Shown here piece after piece: positions 1 to 8,501 of a DNA stretch of 46,894 nucleotides. The stretch is from Candidatus Woesearchaeota archaeon. Lineage in GTDB: Archaea; Nanobdellota; Nanobdellia; Pacearchaeales; GW2011-AR1. The notes below the pieces were generated by a model. The model was not told where the DNA came from. It ran no database searches and was given only the letters and a program-made list of their open reading frames with translations. The stretch spans positions 1 to 46,894 of the forward strand of contig CAZNOS010000002.1 in assembly GCA_964574775.1 (NCBI GenBank), in the 5' to 3' direction. Position numbers and translations under genes: made by a program. The stretch's first letter is position 1, and each line of letters opens with the position of its first letter.

Positions 1-2
1 TT

Positions 3-692
3 ATTCCGCCAGAAGCAAGAGTTGTTTCGATTGAAGATACTCGTGAATTGAATTTGGCGAGAGAGAACTGGTTGCCGTCTGTCGTTAGAGCTGGAATTAC
101 AAGTGGCGGAATTGGCGAGGTTGATATGTTTAGTTTACTTAGGGCATCTTTTAGACAGATTCCAGATTATGTAATTGTGGGCGAAGTTAGAGGTCAGGAA
201 GCGGCGGTTTTATTTCAAGGTATGGCTTCGGGTCACGCTTCTATGGCGACTATTCACGCGGATTCTGTAGAAACCGTTATTAGAAGATTAGAAACGCCAC
301 CAATTGAACTTTCTCCGTCTCTGGTTAACGAATTAGATGCAGTAGCGATTATGACGCATGCGGTTATTGGTGGAAGGGAAACAAGAAAACTTAGAGAAAT
401 TGTAGAGGTAATTAATGTTACTCCAGAAGGTATTGCGCAAACTAATACACCATTTATGTGGGATCCAGCAAAAGATAAATTTTATTTTAAAAAAGATAGT
501 CGTGTTTTTGAAAAAATACAAAAAAAGTTTGGAATTTCTACTGAACAGTTGTTTATTGATTTTGAAAAAAGAGTTAAATTGATTTACGAATTGTATAAAA
601 GACAGTTTAATGATTTCGAGTTGTTGCAAAGATTGATTAATGATTTTTATAAAAATCCAGAGGCGATATATGCTAAATTTGGAATACAGTGA
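3..692 (+). CDS. Type IV pilus/archaellum-type secretion ATPase (PilB/FlaI/TadA, VirB11-like superfamily). Only the C-terminal part is present; the 5' end lies outside the window.
   Basis: The ORF is open from the window edge (IPPEARVVSIEDTRELNL...). It then reads DYVIVGEVRGQEAAVLFQGMASGH..SMATIHA, matching the Asp-box/Walker B/His-box region of this ATPase family. Platform-protein genes follow directly. Confidence 0.85.
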   Translation: MPPEARVVSIEDTRELNLARENWLPSVVRAGITSGGIGEVDMFSLLRASFRQIPDYVIVGEVRGQEAAVLFQGMASGHASMATIHADSVETVIRRLETPPIELSPSLVNELDAVAIMTHAVIGGRETRKLREIVEVINVTPEGIAQTNTPFMWDPAKDKFYFKKDSRVFEKIQKKFGISTEQLFIDFEKRVKLIYELYKRQFNDFELLQRLINDFYKNPEAIYAKFGIQ

Positions 693-710
693 AATTTATA
701 CAAAATAACA

Positions 711-718
711 TTTATTAA
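711..718 (+). promoter_or_regulatory. TATA-like box (TTTATTAA) for the transcript starting at 740.
   Basis: It is centred about 26 nt upstream of the ATG at 740, in the 47-nt gap after the ATPase stop codon. Confidence 0.4.
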
Positions 719-739
719 CCATAAAACATTCAATATTCT

Positions 740-898
740 ATGAGGGATTTAGAGGTTTTGCAGTATTATCTTGCTTCGATAGAAGGGGCTTGTAATAAAC
801 TAGAAAAAGCAGTTAATGTAAATAATGTTGATGATGCTAATAAATTGAAAAAAATTATTGCAGACATTTCTGGTAAAATTTCGGAGGAGTTATCATGA
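740..898 (+). CDS. Small helical protein (52 aa), first cistron of the platform-protein transcript.
   Basis: This ORF is below the track threshold: MRDLEVLQYYLASIEGACNKLEKAVNVNNVDDANKLKKIIADISGKISEELS. A TATA-like TTTATTAA (711-718) lies about 26 nt upstream of its ATG. Its TGA overlaps the next ATG (ATGA at 895-898), and a GGAGG for the next gene lies in its 3' end. Confidence 0.4.
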   Translation: MRDLEVLQYYLASIEGACNKLEKAVNVNNVDDANKLKKIIADISGKISEELS

Positions 899-2145
899 GT
901 CTGAATGATTTAAAGAGTAACATATCGGAGCTAAAAAAAATATTGGCTGACTTAAAGGAATTGGAAGATCGGGCTAGATATGCAGACGATAAAAGAAGAA
1001 GGGTTTTTTCTTCTGCCATGACGCCGATGATAGAGAGACTAAAAATTCTTAATAATGCAATTCCAAATTCATTAAACGATATTTCGGCTGTTAGAAAATT
1101 ATCTGTGAATAGTGAAATTATTTCTCAAAGAAGAAGTGTTTCTAATTTTAAGTATATTTCTGATTCGGGGCAACAAAAAATGATTGCTTTAAATAAGGAA
1201 GATAGGGAAAAATATTTGAAAGAGTTGAGTTTATCTGAATCGCGTTTAAAGAAAATAAATGATAATTCGGGTTCTCGTGATGTTATTCGTCCGAGCGTGA
1301 TTGCTAAAATTTCTAATAAGATTTTTGGCGGTATTGCTGAAAAAATTGGTAATATGACTGGCGATTTAAAACGGGATTTAAAGGAATCTAACTCTAGATT
1401 TTTAGTTTCTACATATGTGGCGATAGGTTTGTTTGCTTCTGTGAGTGTTCTGGTTTTGTCTATTCTGCTTTTTGTTATACTTATGTTTATGGGCCTTGAT
1501 GTTGCAATTTTCTTTTGGACGCCACCATTTATAGCATTCGTGACAGCAGTGGTTTTTTACACGTATCCAGCTATTAGAAAATCTTCTCTAAACGCAGAAA
1601 TTTCTAATGAACTTCCATTTGCTTCTATTTATATGTCGGCGGTTGCGGGTTCTAATATGGAGCCTACAAAGATTTTCAAAATAATTGCCGATTCCCCCGA
1701 GTATAAACATATTGGAGTTGAAATGAGAAAGATAATAAATCAGATTGAGGTGTATGGATATGATTTGGTAAACGCTTTAAGAAACGTTGCGAAAGCTACA
1801 ATTAATAAAAAACTTGCTGAACTTTTGAATGGTATGGCAACAAACATTTCTTCTGGTTCTTCATTAAAAAACTATTTAGAAAAGAAATCGCAAAATCTTT
1901 TAGACGATTATAAGCTCGAGAGAAGTAAATATAACGAAGTTGCTTCTACATTCATGGATGTTTATATTAGCGTTTTAATTACTGCGCCGTTAATTTTAGT
2001 TATGTTGATTGTTATTATGAGTTTAACTAATTTGAAGTTTGGAAGTATGTCAACAGATTCGATGCTGACCCTTTCTATTGTATTGGTATCTATAGTTAAT
2101 GTTATATTTTTAGTATTCATACAAATAAAACAACCTAAGGTATAA
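895..2145 (+). CDS. Type II secretion system F-domain membrane protein (FlaJ/PilC/TadB-like platform, first half) with a long N-terminal coiled-coil extension.
   Basis: 416 aa. The first ~170 aa are charged and coiled-coil. TM helices then flank one cytoplasmic helical T2SS-F-like domain (ELPFASIYMSAVAGSNMEP...LVNALRNVA...LLNGMATNISSGSSL). It is adjacent to the ATPase gene. Confidence 0.75.
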   Translation: MSLNDLKSNISELKKILADLKELEDRARYADDKRRRVFSSAMTPMIERLKILNNAIPNSLNDISAVRKLSVNSEIISQRRSVSNFKYISDSGQQKMIALNKEDREKYLKELSLSESRLKKINDNSGSRDVIRPSVIAKISNKIFGGIAEKIGNMTGDLKRDLKESNSRFLVSTYVAIGLFASVSVLVLSILLFVILMFMGLDVAIFFWTPPFIAFVTAVVFYTYPAIRKSSLNAEISNELPFASIYMSAVAGSNMEPTKIFKIIADSPEYKHIGVEMRKIINQIEVYGYDLVNALRNVAKATINKKLAELLNGMATNISSGSSLKNYLEKKSQNLLDDYKLERSKYNEVASTFMDVYISVLITAPLILVMLIVIMSLTNLKFGSMSTDSMLTLSIVLVSIVNVIFLVFIQIKQPKV

Positions 2146-2148
2146 AAA

Positions 2149-2988
2149 ATGAAATTGGACAAAAACAGATTAATCGGATTGTTGGGAGGAGTAGTATTAA
2201 TTGCATTAGATTTTATATTTTTAAGAAGCAAACCTAATTTAATGTATTTCTTAGCGGTTTTGATTGTTCTTGTCGCATTAATTCCGTTTGTGATTACGGT
2301 CGCGTTTGAATCTAAAAAACAAAAAGAAAAGGAATCGAAATTCTTGGAATTTGCTAGAGATTTAGTGGAGAATGTTAGGTCTGGAACTCCGATAAGTAAG
2401 GCCATTATGAATTTGAAGGCGAGAGATTATGGTTCGCTAACTCCACATGTTCAGAAATTAATTAATCAACTTAATTTAGGAATTCCACTAACAACCGGAC
2501 TGGTTAATTTTGCACAGGATACGAAGAGTAGGGTTATTTCTAGGGCGGTTGGTTTAATTGCAGAGGCCGAAAGATCTGGTGGAGAGATTGAGGGTATTTT
2601 AAATTCAGTCGCAGAATCTATAAATCAAATAGAAAATCTGAAAAAACAACAGAAGTCTTCCGTGTATAGCTTGGTTGTTCAGGGTTATATTATATTTTTC
2701 GTATTTATTATAATCGTTTTGGTTTTACAATATTATATTTTGCCGATGACAACTGATGTCGGCACCAGTACCAGTTTCACTGATTTAAATTCAGATATTA
2801 AAGCAAATGTCGATCCTAAAGATTTTGGAAGTTCTTTGTTGTGGCTTTTAGTAGTTCAATCTTTTTTTGCTGGACTCGTTATTGGGAAAATTTCGGAGGG
2901 CAATATTAAGGATGGCATTAAACATTCGTTTATACTTGTAAGTATTACGCTCTTAATCAGTCTTGGGGCTAAAGTCTTCCTGGCGTGA
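2149..2988 (+). CDS. Type II secretion system F-domain membrane protein (FlaJ/PilC/TadC-like platform, second half).
   Basis: 279 aa with N-terminal TMs, a T2SS-F-like domain (FARDLVENVRSGTPISKAI...LIAEAERSGGEIEGIL) and C-terminal TMs. It is in the same frame as the upstream ORF and separated from it by a single TAA. Confidence 0.75.
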   Translation: MKLDKNRLIGLLGGVVLIALDFIFLRSKPNLMYFLAVLIVLVALIPFVITVAFESKKQKEKESKFLEFARDLVENVRSGTPISKAIMNLKARDYGSLTPHVQKLINQLNLGIPLTTGLVNFAQDTKSRVISRAVGLIAEAERSGGEIEGILNSVAESINQIENLKKQQKSSVYSLVVQGYIIFFVFIIIVLVLQYYILPMTTDVGTSTSFTDLNSDIKANVDPKDFGSSLLWLLVVQSFFAGLVIGKISEGNIKDGIKHSFILVSITLLISLGAKVFLA

Positions 2989-3042
2989 TGTTGTATAGTG
3001 GGCCACCTTTATATTTAAAAAGTCTGGAGATTATGATATTTT

Positions 3043-3474
3043 ATGTTTATGCAATATAGAAAAAATAAGAGAGGATGGATTAGAATTACTGAGGCTGTGG
3101 TGGCTATTTTAATTATGGCTAGTGTTTTAATTGTTCTTTACGCTAATAAAACTCCACAGGTTAGTTTTTCTTCTTATGTGGGTGATTTGCAGTTAAGAAT
3201 TTTGGGAGATGTTGCAGATAATCCAACGCTGAGAAATGAGGTGCTAAGGTCACCTGAGGTCGTTGTAAATGGACCATTATTTTTATTTATTAACAATAGT
3301 ATTCCGCTGAATTTTAATTTCGCGATTAGGGTGTGTAATTTATCTAATAATGCGTGCTTGCTTGGGCAATCTCTGGAGCAAGAAGTTTTCGTTGAAGACA
3401 GAATCATTAGCAGTAATTTGACAACTTATTCTCCGAAAATGCTTCGATTATTTATGTGGGAAAAGCTGAGATAG
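3043..3474 (+). CDS. Putative pilin-like protein with a class III (prepilin-type) signal peptide.
   Basis: The N-terminus reads MFMQYRKNKRG/WIRITEAVVAILIMASVLIVLYA: a short basic leader, Gly, then a hydrophobic helix with an early Glu. It is the last gene of the pilus-like cluster. Confidence 0.45.
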   Translation: MFMQYRKNKRGWIRITEAVVAILIMASVLIVLYANKTPQVSFSSYVGDLQLRILGDVADNPTLRNEVLRSPEVVVNGPLFLFINNSIPLNFNFAIRVCNLSNNACLLGQSLEQEVFVEDRIISSNLTTYSPKMLRLFMWEKLR

Positions 3475-3512
3475 TTGTAAATCTTTAAAAAGAAGTTAAT
3501 CTTTTGGGTTGA

Positions 3513-4421
3513 ATGAATTGGTTTATTATTGCTATTCTCGCCCCGTTATTTTGGGCAGTTTCTAATTTCATTGATAAATTTTTGATTTCTAAATATTTTA
3601 AATCGGATACTGGCACATTGGTTATGTATTCTTCTCTTATTGGTCTTCCTATAGCGATATTAATCGCTATTTTCAAGCCAGAAGTTCTATACTTGAATTT
3701 AATTACGGCTATTCTTGTGATTTTTAATAGTTTCCTGTTCTTACTTTATCTCTTTCCCTATTTCAAAGCATTGAGTAAAGCAGATGCATCAATTGTTGTA
3801 CCATTGTTTCAGATGATTCCAGTTTTTTCATATTTCATGGCGTTTTTTCTTTTGGGCGAATCTCTTTCATTAATTCAGATTATTGGTTCGCTGATAATTA
3901 TTCTTGGCTCTATTGGAATATCGCTTAAAATTGACGGTAAAAGAACACGCCTGAAAAAAGATGTTTTATTTTTAATATTGTTGGCGTCATTTTTGGTCGC
4001 TCTGAATTCTTTATTCTTTAAGTTTTTTGCAATCGATGTTAGTTTCTGGGTGGTTAGTTTTTGGCAATATTTAGGATTCTTTATCTTTGGATTGATTTTA
4101 TTTGTTTTTGTAAAATCTTATAGAAAAAACTTCTTATCGTCTTTCGAAAGAAATAGTGTTTCTATAATTCGTTTGAATATTGTGAATGAAGTTTTTAACA
4201 TTTCGGCATTGATTATACTTTCCTTTGCCACTTTGCTTGCGCCATTGACTCTTGTTTGGGTTATTAATGGGTTCCAACCTATTTTTGCATTTTCGATTGG
4301 CATCGTACTGAGTTTAATTTATCCACATCTGATTAAGGAAAATTTGGATAAAAAAGTAATTATTCAGAAAATATTTTTTATATTAATGATTTTAGCAGGC
4401 GCATATTTGTTGAATTTGTGA
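3513..4421 (+). CDS. EamA/DMT-family transporter.
   Basis: 302 aa with about 10 hydrophobic helices in two similar halves, which is the typical drug/metabolite transporter topology. Confidence 0.65.
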   Translation: MNWFIIAILAPLFWAVSNFIDKFLISKYFKSDTGTLVMYSSLIGLPIAILIAIFKPEVLYLNLITAILVIFNSFLFLLYLFPYFKALSKADASIVVPLFQMIPVFSYFMAFFLLGESLSLIQIIGSLIIILGSIGISLKIDGKRTRLKKDVLFLILLASFLVALNSLFFKFFAIDVSFWVVSFWQYLGFFIFGLILFVFVKSYRKNFLSSFERNSVSIIRLNIVNEVFNISALIILSFATLLAPLTLVWVINGFQPIFAFSIGIVLSLIYPHLIKENLDKKVIIQKIFFILMILAGAYLLNL

Positions 4422-4576
4422 TTTTTTTGCTTTAAAAAAGAAAAATTTCTTACATAGCGTGTGTCAGCTTCGGGTGTCTTAATAAAACATGATAGCTTCG
4501 CAGAAATAAAAGAAATACCCTGGTCTTTCTCCGCTTTGCTCAGAAAGTTTATTAAACTGGGTTTCTATAAAATATT

Positions 4577-5887
4577 ATGCCATTTGATGTTATTATAGGA
4601 AGAAACGAGAGTGATAAAAAACTTTTTGGAAAGAGAGGATTGATTTTTTTAGGTAAGAGTTTTGTAACCATGGGGCAATATACTTCACTTTCGAATCCGA
4701 TTTATATGGATGTTGCGCGGAGCCACGTTGTTTTGATTGCGGGTAAAAGAGGAAGTGGTAAATCTTATACTCTTGGTGGGATGGCGGAGGCGATTTCTAC
4801 CTTGGATTATGAAGAGGCGCAAAATATTTCATCTTTAATATTCGATACGATGGGAATCTTCTGGACTATGAAATTTAAAAATCATAAAGATAAGGCTTTG
4901 TTAGATGAATGGAATCTTGAGGCGAAAAATATTCCGCTGAAGGTTTTTGTTCCGTTTGGATATTTTAATGATTTTCATGATAAGGGAATCCCCGTTGATT
5001 CTGAGTTTGCGATAAAGATTTCGGATTTGGATGCGGATGATTGGGTTTCTTTGTTTGAATTAAAATTTACACAACCTGAGGCGGTTTTATTAGAGAGTGC
5101 GATTTTCGAATTAAAAAAAAGAGAAAGTTTTGGTTTTGAAGATATTCGAAAGATGATTGGTGTGGCTCAGGATGTTTCGCAAGATGTAAAGAATGCTACG
5201 GTTTCATTGTTTGATGCGGCCGAGAGCTGGAAAGTTTTTGACGAGAAGATAGGAACCCCGATAAGAGAATTGGTTAAGGGCGGACAGACTACTGTTGTCG
5301 ATTTGTCGATGTATGCTTCGTCTGGAAGTTTTAATGTACGTGGTTTGATTATTGGTTTAGTTTCTAAGAAATTGTTTAAGGAAAGAATGTCGGAAAGAAG
5401 AAACGAGGAAATTCAATCTGTTCAGAGAGGTTATGATTATATGTCTATCACACTCAAAAGAGAGATGCCGCTCGTTTGGATATTTATCGATGAGGCGCAC
5501 GAATTTTTGCCGAAAGAAACTGAAAAGAAAACTCCGGCTTCTGACGCGTTGATACAATTACTTCGTGAGGGTAGACAGCCGGGAATTTCAATGGTTATGG
5601 CGACGCAACAGCCTGGGAAGATTCATACTGACGCGATGACGCAATCAGATATTGTTATTTCACATAGAGTTACTGCGGAACAAGATATTAATTCGTTGAA
5701 TCAAATTATGCAAACGTATTTGTATGAAGGAATTAAAGAGAAAATGAATAATTTACCGAGACTAAAGGGTTCGGCGATTTTGTTAGATGATAATTCTGAA
5801 AGAATCTATCCGATTAGAGTTAGGCCTAGATTTACATGGCATGGCGGTGAGGCACCTACAGCTATAAAGATGGAGAAGGAAGAATAA
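4577..5887 (+). CDS. HerA/FtsK-like P-loop ATPase (DUF87-type).
   Basis: Walker A is AGKRGSGKSYTLG and Walker B is VWIFIDEAHEF, followed by REGRQPGISMVMATQQP. This arrangement is typical of HerA-like ATPases. Confidence 0.65.
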   Translation: MPFDVIIGRNESDKKLFGKRGLIFLGKSFVTMGQYTSLSNPIYMDVARSHVVLIAGKRGSGKSYTLGGMAEAISTLDYEEAQNISSLIFDTMGIFWTMKFKNHKDKALLDEWNLEAKNIPLKVFVPFGYFNDFHDKGIPVDSEFAIKISDLDADDWVSLFELKFTQPEAVLLESAIFELKKRESFGFEDIRKMIGVAQDVSQDVKNATVSLFDAAESWKVFDEKIGTPIRELVKGGQTTVVDLSMYASSGSFNVRGLIIGLVSKKLFKERMSERRNEEIQSVQRGYDYMSITLKREMPLVWIFIDEAHEFLPKETEKKTPASDALIQLLREGRQPGISMVMATQQPGKIHTDAMTQSDIVISHRVTAEQDINSLNQIMQTYLYEGIKEKMNNLPRLKGSAILLDDNSERIYPIRVRPRFTWHGGEAPTAIKMEKEE

Positions 5888-5931
5888 ATTACTACCATAA
5901 TCCTTTTAAATTAATATTATTTTTTTTTAAA

Positions 5932-6456
5932 ATGGAAGATTTCAGAAGCGGATGGATGGTTACCTCTAAGTTAATTGAATATTTGGAAAAATCTGGAGAG
6001 AGAATTATGTGGCATAGAACTTGTTCTGATCGCGTACGGCTTTATGGTGAAAAAGAGTGTGGTTCAAAGAAAGATACAGCCTTTTCATCTACATCATATA
6101 CTGCATATTTACAAAATGGGAATATTAGTCTTTGGAATTCCGTGTATTGGCGTGATTCTTGGAATAGCTTTTCTTTAGTATTTAAAAGATGGCAAGATAT
6201 AGATATTGTGCCTTCTCCAGACTTAATGACTGCTCATACTTCAAGTCCAAATACGCCGTTGCCGTCTTTTCATATTAGGTATGGTTGTGATGCTCTTTAT
6301 GAAGAAGCAGATGCCGCCTTTATTGATTTTATAGAGAATGGTGAGAGGCTAATTCCTTTCTGGGATAATATTGGACAGGAGTCGATTGATAAATACAAGC
6401 AACTTCTTGATCAGCTTAGAGAACATAAGGATGAGAGAATTAATGGTGTTAGTTAA
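5932..6456 (+). CDS. Hypothetical protein (Trp-rich, no recognised family).
   Basis: 174-aa ORF. A TATA-like TTTAAAT (5905-5911) lies about 24 nt upstream of the ATG. No motif was recognised. Confidence 0.55.
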   Translation: MEDFRSGWMVTSKLIEYLEKSGERIMWHRTCSDRVRLYGEKECGSKKDTAFSSTSYTAYLQNGNISLWNSVYWRDSWNSFSLVFKRWQDIDIVPSPDLMTAHTSSPNTPLPSFHIRYGCDALYEEADAAFIDFIENGERLIPFWDNIGQESIDKYKQLLDQLREHKDERINGVS

Positions 6457-6698
6457 TTATGTAAACTTTTATAAACTTCAATATCTTATATTTTTTATGC
6501 AAAAAACTAGTGCGATTCAAAATATGAATTTTGCTAGCTTTGCTTATTTCTTTTATTGGTAAATCTGGTTTTAGAGACTGGGTTTGCAGAATATAATTTT
6601 ACTTATTAATATGCGATTCGGTTTCTTGGCTGATTTTCTATAGAAGAATCTCCGCGGGAGTCAGCCTGCGGGCAGAAACTAAACTAAATGGAGAAAAA

Positions 6699-6944
6699 AT
6701 GTACAAAGACAGAAGGGCAGAAGCGAGAGAAAGGGCTAAGGAAGCTTTGGGTTTCCCAGGATATTTGCTCTATGGTAAAGAGATTATACCCGATGTCGCG
6801 GGCAAAATTCCAACCACAGTTGGTTATTTACTAGATGGTGGAGTTGTTCCAAGGGCGTCGATTTATAGGGAAGAGCAGTTACAAATAAGAGAGTTTGAAA
6901 CACGAGCTAAGGAAAGCGGTTTGCCGATTTTAGTAGAGGCTTAA
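6699..6944 (+). CDS. Hypothetical small protein with an internal GYLL-x-G..(I/V)P repeat.
   Basis: 81 aa, with GGAG 8-11 nt upstream of the ATG. Two similar segments are present: FPGYLLYGKEIIPD and TVGYLLDGGVVPRA. A T-run follows the stop codon. Confidence 0.55.
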   Translation: MYKDRRAEARERAKEALGFPGYLLYGKEIIPDVAGKIPTTVGYLLDGGVVPRASIYREEQLQIREFETRAKESGLPILVEA

Positions 6945-7009
6945 TTATATTTTTTATTTTGAAAAGAATAACTTGGGCACTTTTCGTTTTAATTAGTTTC
7001 TAGCTAGAA

Positions 7010-8470
7010 TTAGCCAAATAAGTTCTTAAACCAGTTAAGAATTTTTTGTATAAACCCTTCATCAATGCATTTTCCAGAAACACAAACATTTGAAGAACAT
7101 TCAAAATTATTTTCACAAATTGAATCTGGTTGTCTTTGAGAAATAAATGTTTCTTCTTCGATACTACAATATTTCCCACCTTTTCTATAAGTAAATGGAT
7201 AACATTTATTATCTATTTCACAACCCTTGCATACATATGTAATATTTCTAACAAAATCATTTCTTGGCAACTTAATTGGAGCCTGTTCGGGATCAATCTC
7301 TTCTTGTGTTCCTTCACATTTATCGTTTCGACAACCAAATTCACATTTTAATTGATAAGACATTATATATCCCTCTGTCGAACAATAGTGTTCTATTAAC
7401 ATCTCTTCATCGAGACAACTATCTTTTCCGCCAGTTCTTATTCTTAAATCTTTGTCTGGATCATCGGCAGAAGAATAACTTCTGAACCCAAATGTGTGAG
7501 CAGAGACATGGGGTCTTTTGCCCCCGTCAGGATCATCACAAAGTTCTTTAATAGAACTGAGCTTATAATCATAACAATTCTCGGTTTTTTGATCCCAATA
7601 CTTATTTGGATTATTTAAACAAGATTCCATAGATTCTCTAATACACGCACCGTCCTCGCAACCATTTGAACATTTATAAGACTGATATTGTTTAGCTATA
7701 TTTCCTTCACAATATTGTTCTTGAACACTATCTCCGATGCAATAATCTCTCCAGATATCTTCTCCAGATTTAGTATTCCCTTTAGTATAAAAATCCAATC
7801 CATCATCAGAATCCGTACAAGTTGGAGTATTCTGTTGAGTCTGGTTTTGTGCCATCCTAAGACAAACACCATCAACACAGCCATCTGAACAATTGTAAAA
7901 AATAGTACATAAACCATGATTACAGGAAGAATCACAATATCCCTCTAGCAATGTATTTGAATCAAAACATGCATCTTCGCCTCCGCTACCCTGCGAATTT
8001 GTGAAGTATCCCTTTTTGAAATAATCTTTTCCGCCATCTGAATCTGTACAAGTCACGCTGTTTTGTTGAGTTTGATTTGTTTGATTGTTTTGTTGAGTTT
8101 GATTTGTTTGATTGTTTTGTTGAGTTTGATTTATGTTGATACATGCCCCATTGATGCAATGATCTGAACAGTAAACCGGACCCGTATAAACCAAATTCCC
8201 TTCGCAGTGAGATTCATATATAATACATTTGTATTCTCCAAAACTAGAATAACAACTATCAACGCTTACATTTAGGGATTTGTCAAAACAATAATCCTCT
8301 ACAGAAATAAATTCTGTTGGATTGAAATAATTAAAACCTTCCGTTATTCCCTTTACATAAAATCTTTCATTTGGGGCATATCTGGAGTCAGAATCTGTAC
8401 AATTCTGCGCAGAAATAAAACTTGCTAAAATACAAACTAGTAAAAATGATAAAATTATTTTTACTTTCAT
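7010..8470 (-). CDS. Secreted cysteine-rich modular protein with N-Q-T repeat linkers.
   Basis: It has an N-terminal signal peptide (MKVKIILSFLLVCILASFISAQN). There are four copies of a Cys-rich module starting C(T/D)D(S/P)D and ending GC..G.C. The modules are joined by QTQQNNQTNQT linkers that carry N-x-T sequons. Confidence 0.8.
   Translation of the reverse strand: MKVKIILSFLLVCILASFISAQNCTDSDSRYAPNERFYVKGITEGFNYFNPTEFISVEDYCFDKSLNVSVDSCYSSFGEYKCIIYESHCEGNLVYTGPVYCSDHCINGACININQTQQNNQTNQTQQNNQTNQTQQNSVTCTDSDGGKDYFKKGYFTNSQGSGGEDACFDSNTLLEGYCDSSCNHGLCTIFYNCSDGCVDGVCLRMAQNQTQQNTPTCTDSDDGLDFYTKGNTKSGEDIWRDYCIGDSVQEQYCEGNIAKQYQSYKCSNGCEDGACIRESMESCLNNPNKYWDQKTENCYDYKLSSIKELCDDPDGGKRPHVSAHTFGFRSYSSADDPDKDLRIRTGGKDSCLDEEMLIEHYCSTEGYIMSYQLKCEFGCRNDKCEGTQEEIDPEQAPIKLPRNDFVRNITYVCKGCEIDNKCYPFTYRKGGKYCSIEEETFISQRQPDSICENNFECSSNVCVSGKCIDEGFIQKILNWFKNLFG
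8060..8132 (-). repeat. 27-bp tandem repeat (2.7 copies) inside the Cys-rich protein gene.
   Basis: The unit gttttgttgagtttgatttgtttgatt occurs at 8060-8086 and 8087-8113, with a partial copy at 8114-8132. On the minus strand it encodes QTQQNNQTN repeats. Confidence 0.9.
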
Positions 8471-8494
8471 CTTAAAAATAATATGATGTTCTCA

Positions 8495-8501
8495 TTTAAA
8501 A
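8495..8501 (-). promoter_or_regulatory. TATA-like box (minus strand TTTTAAA) for the Cys-rich protein gene.
   Basis: It is centred 28 nt upstream of the ATG at 8470. Confidence 0.45.

Noticed and set aside
1962-2405. A 147-aa antisense ORF spanning the junction of the two platform-protein genes.
   Set aside because: It has a low-complexity Asn/Ile/Thr-rich translation and lies fully antisense to two well-supported T2SS-F genes. It has no promoter or SD signal, so it is most likely spurious.
5975-6178. A 67-aa ORF nested on the same strand in another frame within 5932-6456; also 6371-6562.
   Set aside because: They are shorter, hydrophobic or low-complexity, and lack their own initiation signals. 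The 174-aa frame has the leaderless-spaced TATA box.
7130-7935. Four 66-79-aa ORFs in other frames or strands inside the Cys-rich protein gene (7130-7351, 7276-7485, 7688-7888, 7696-7935).
   Set aside because: They are nested within a CDS that has a strong repeated-domain signature. Their translations are hydrophobic or low-complexity artefacts of the opposite or shifted frame.
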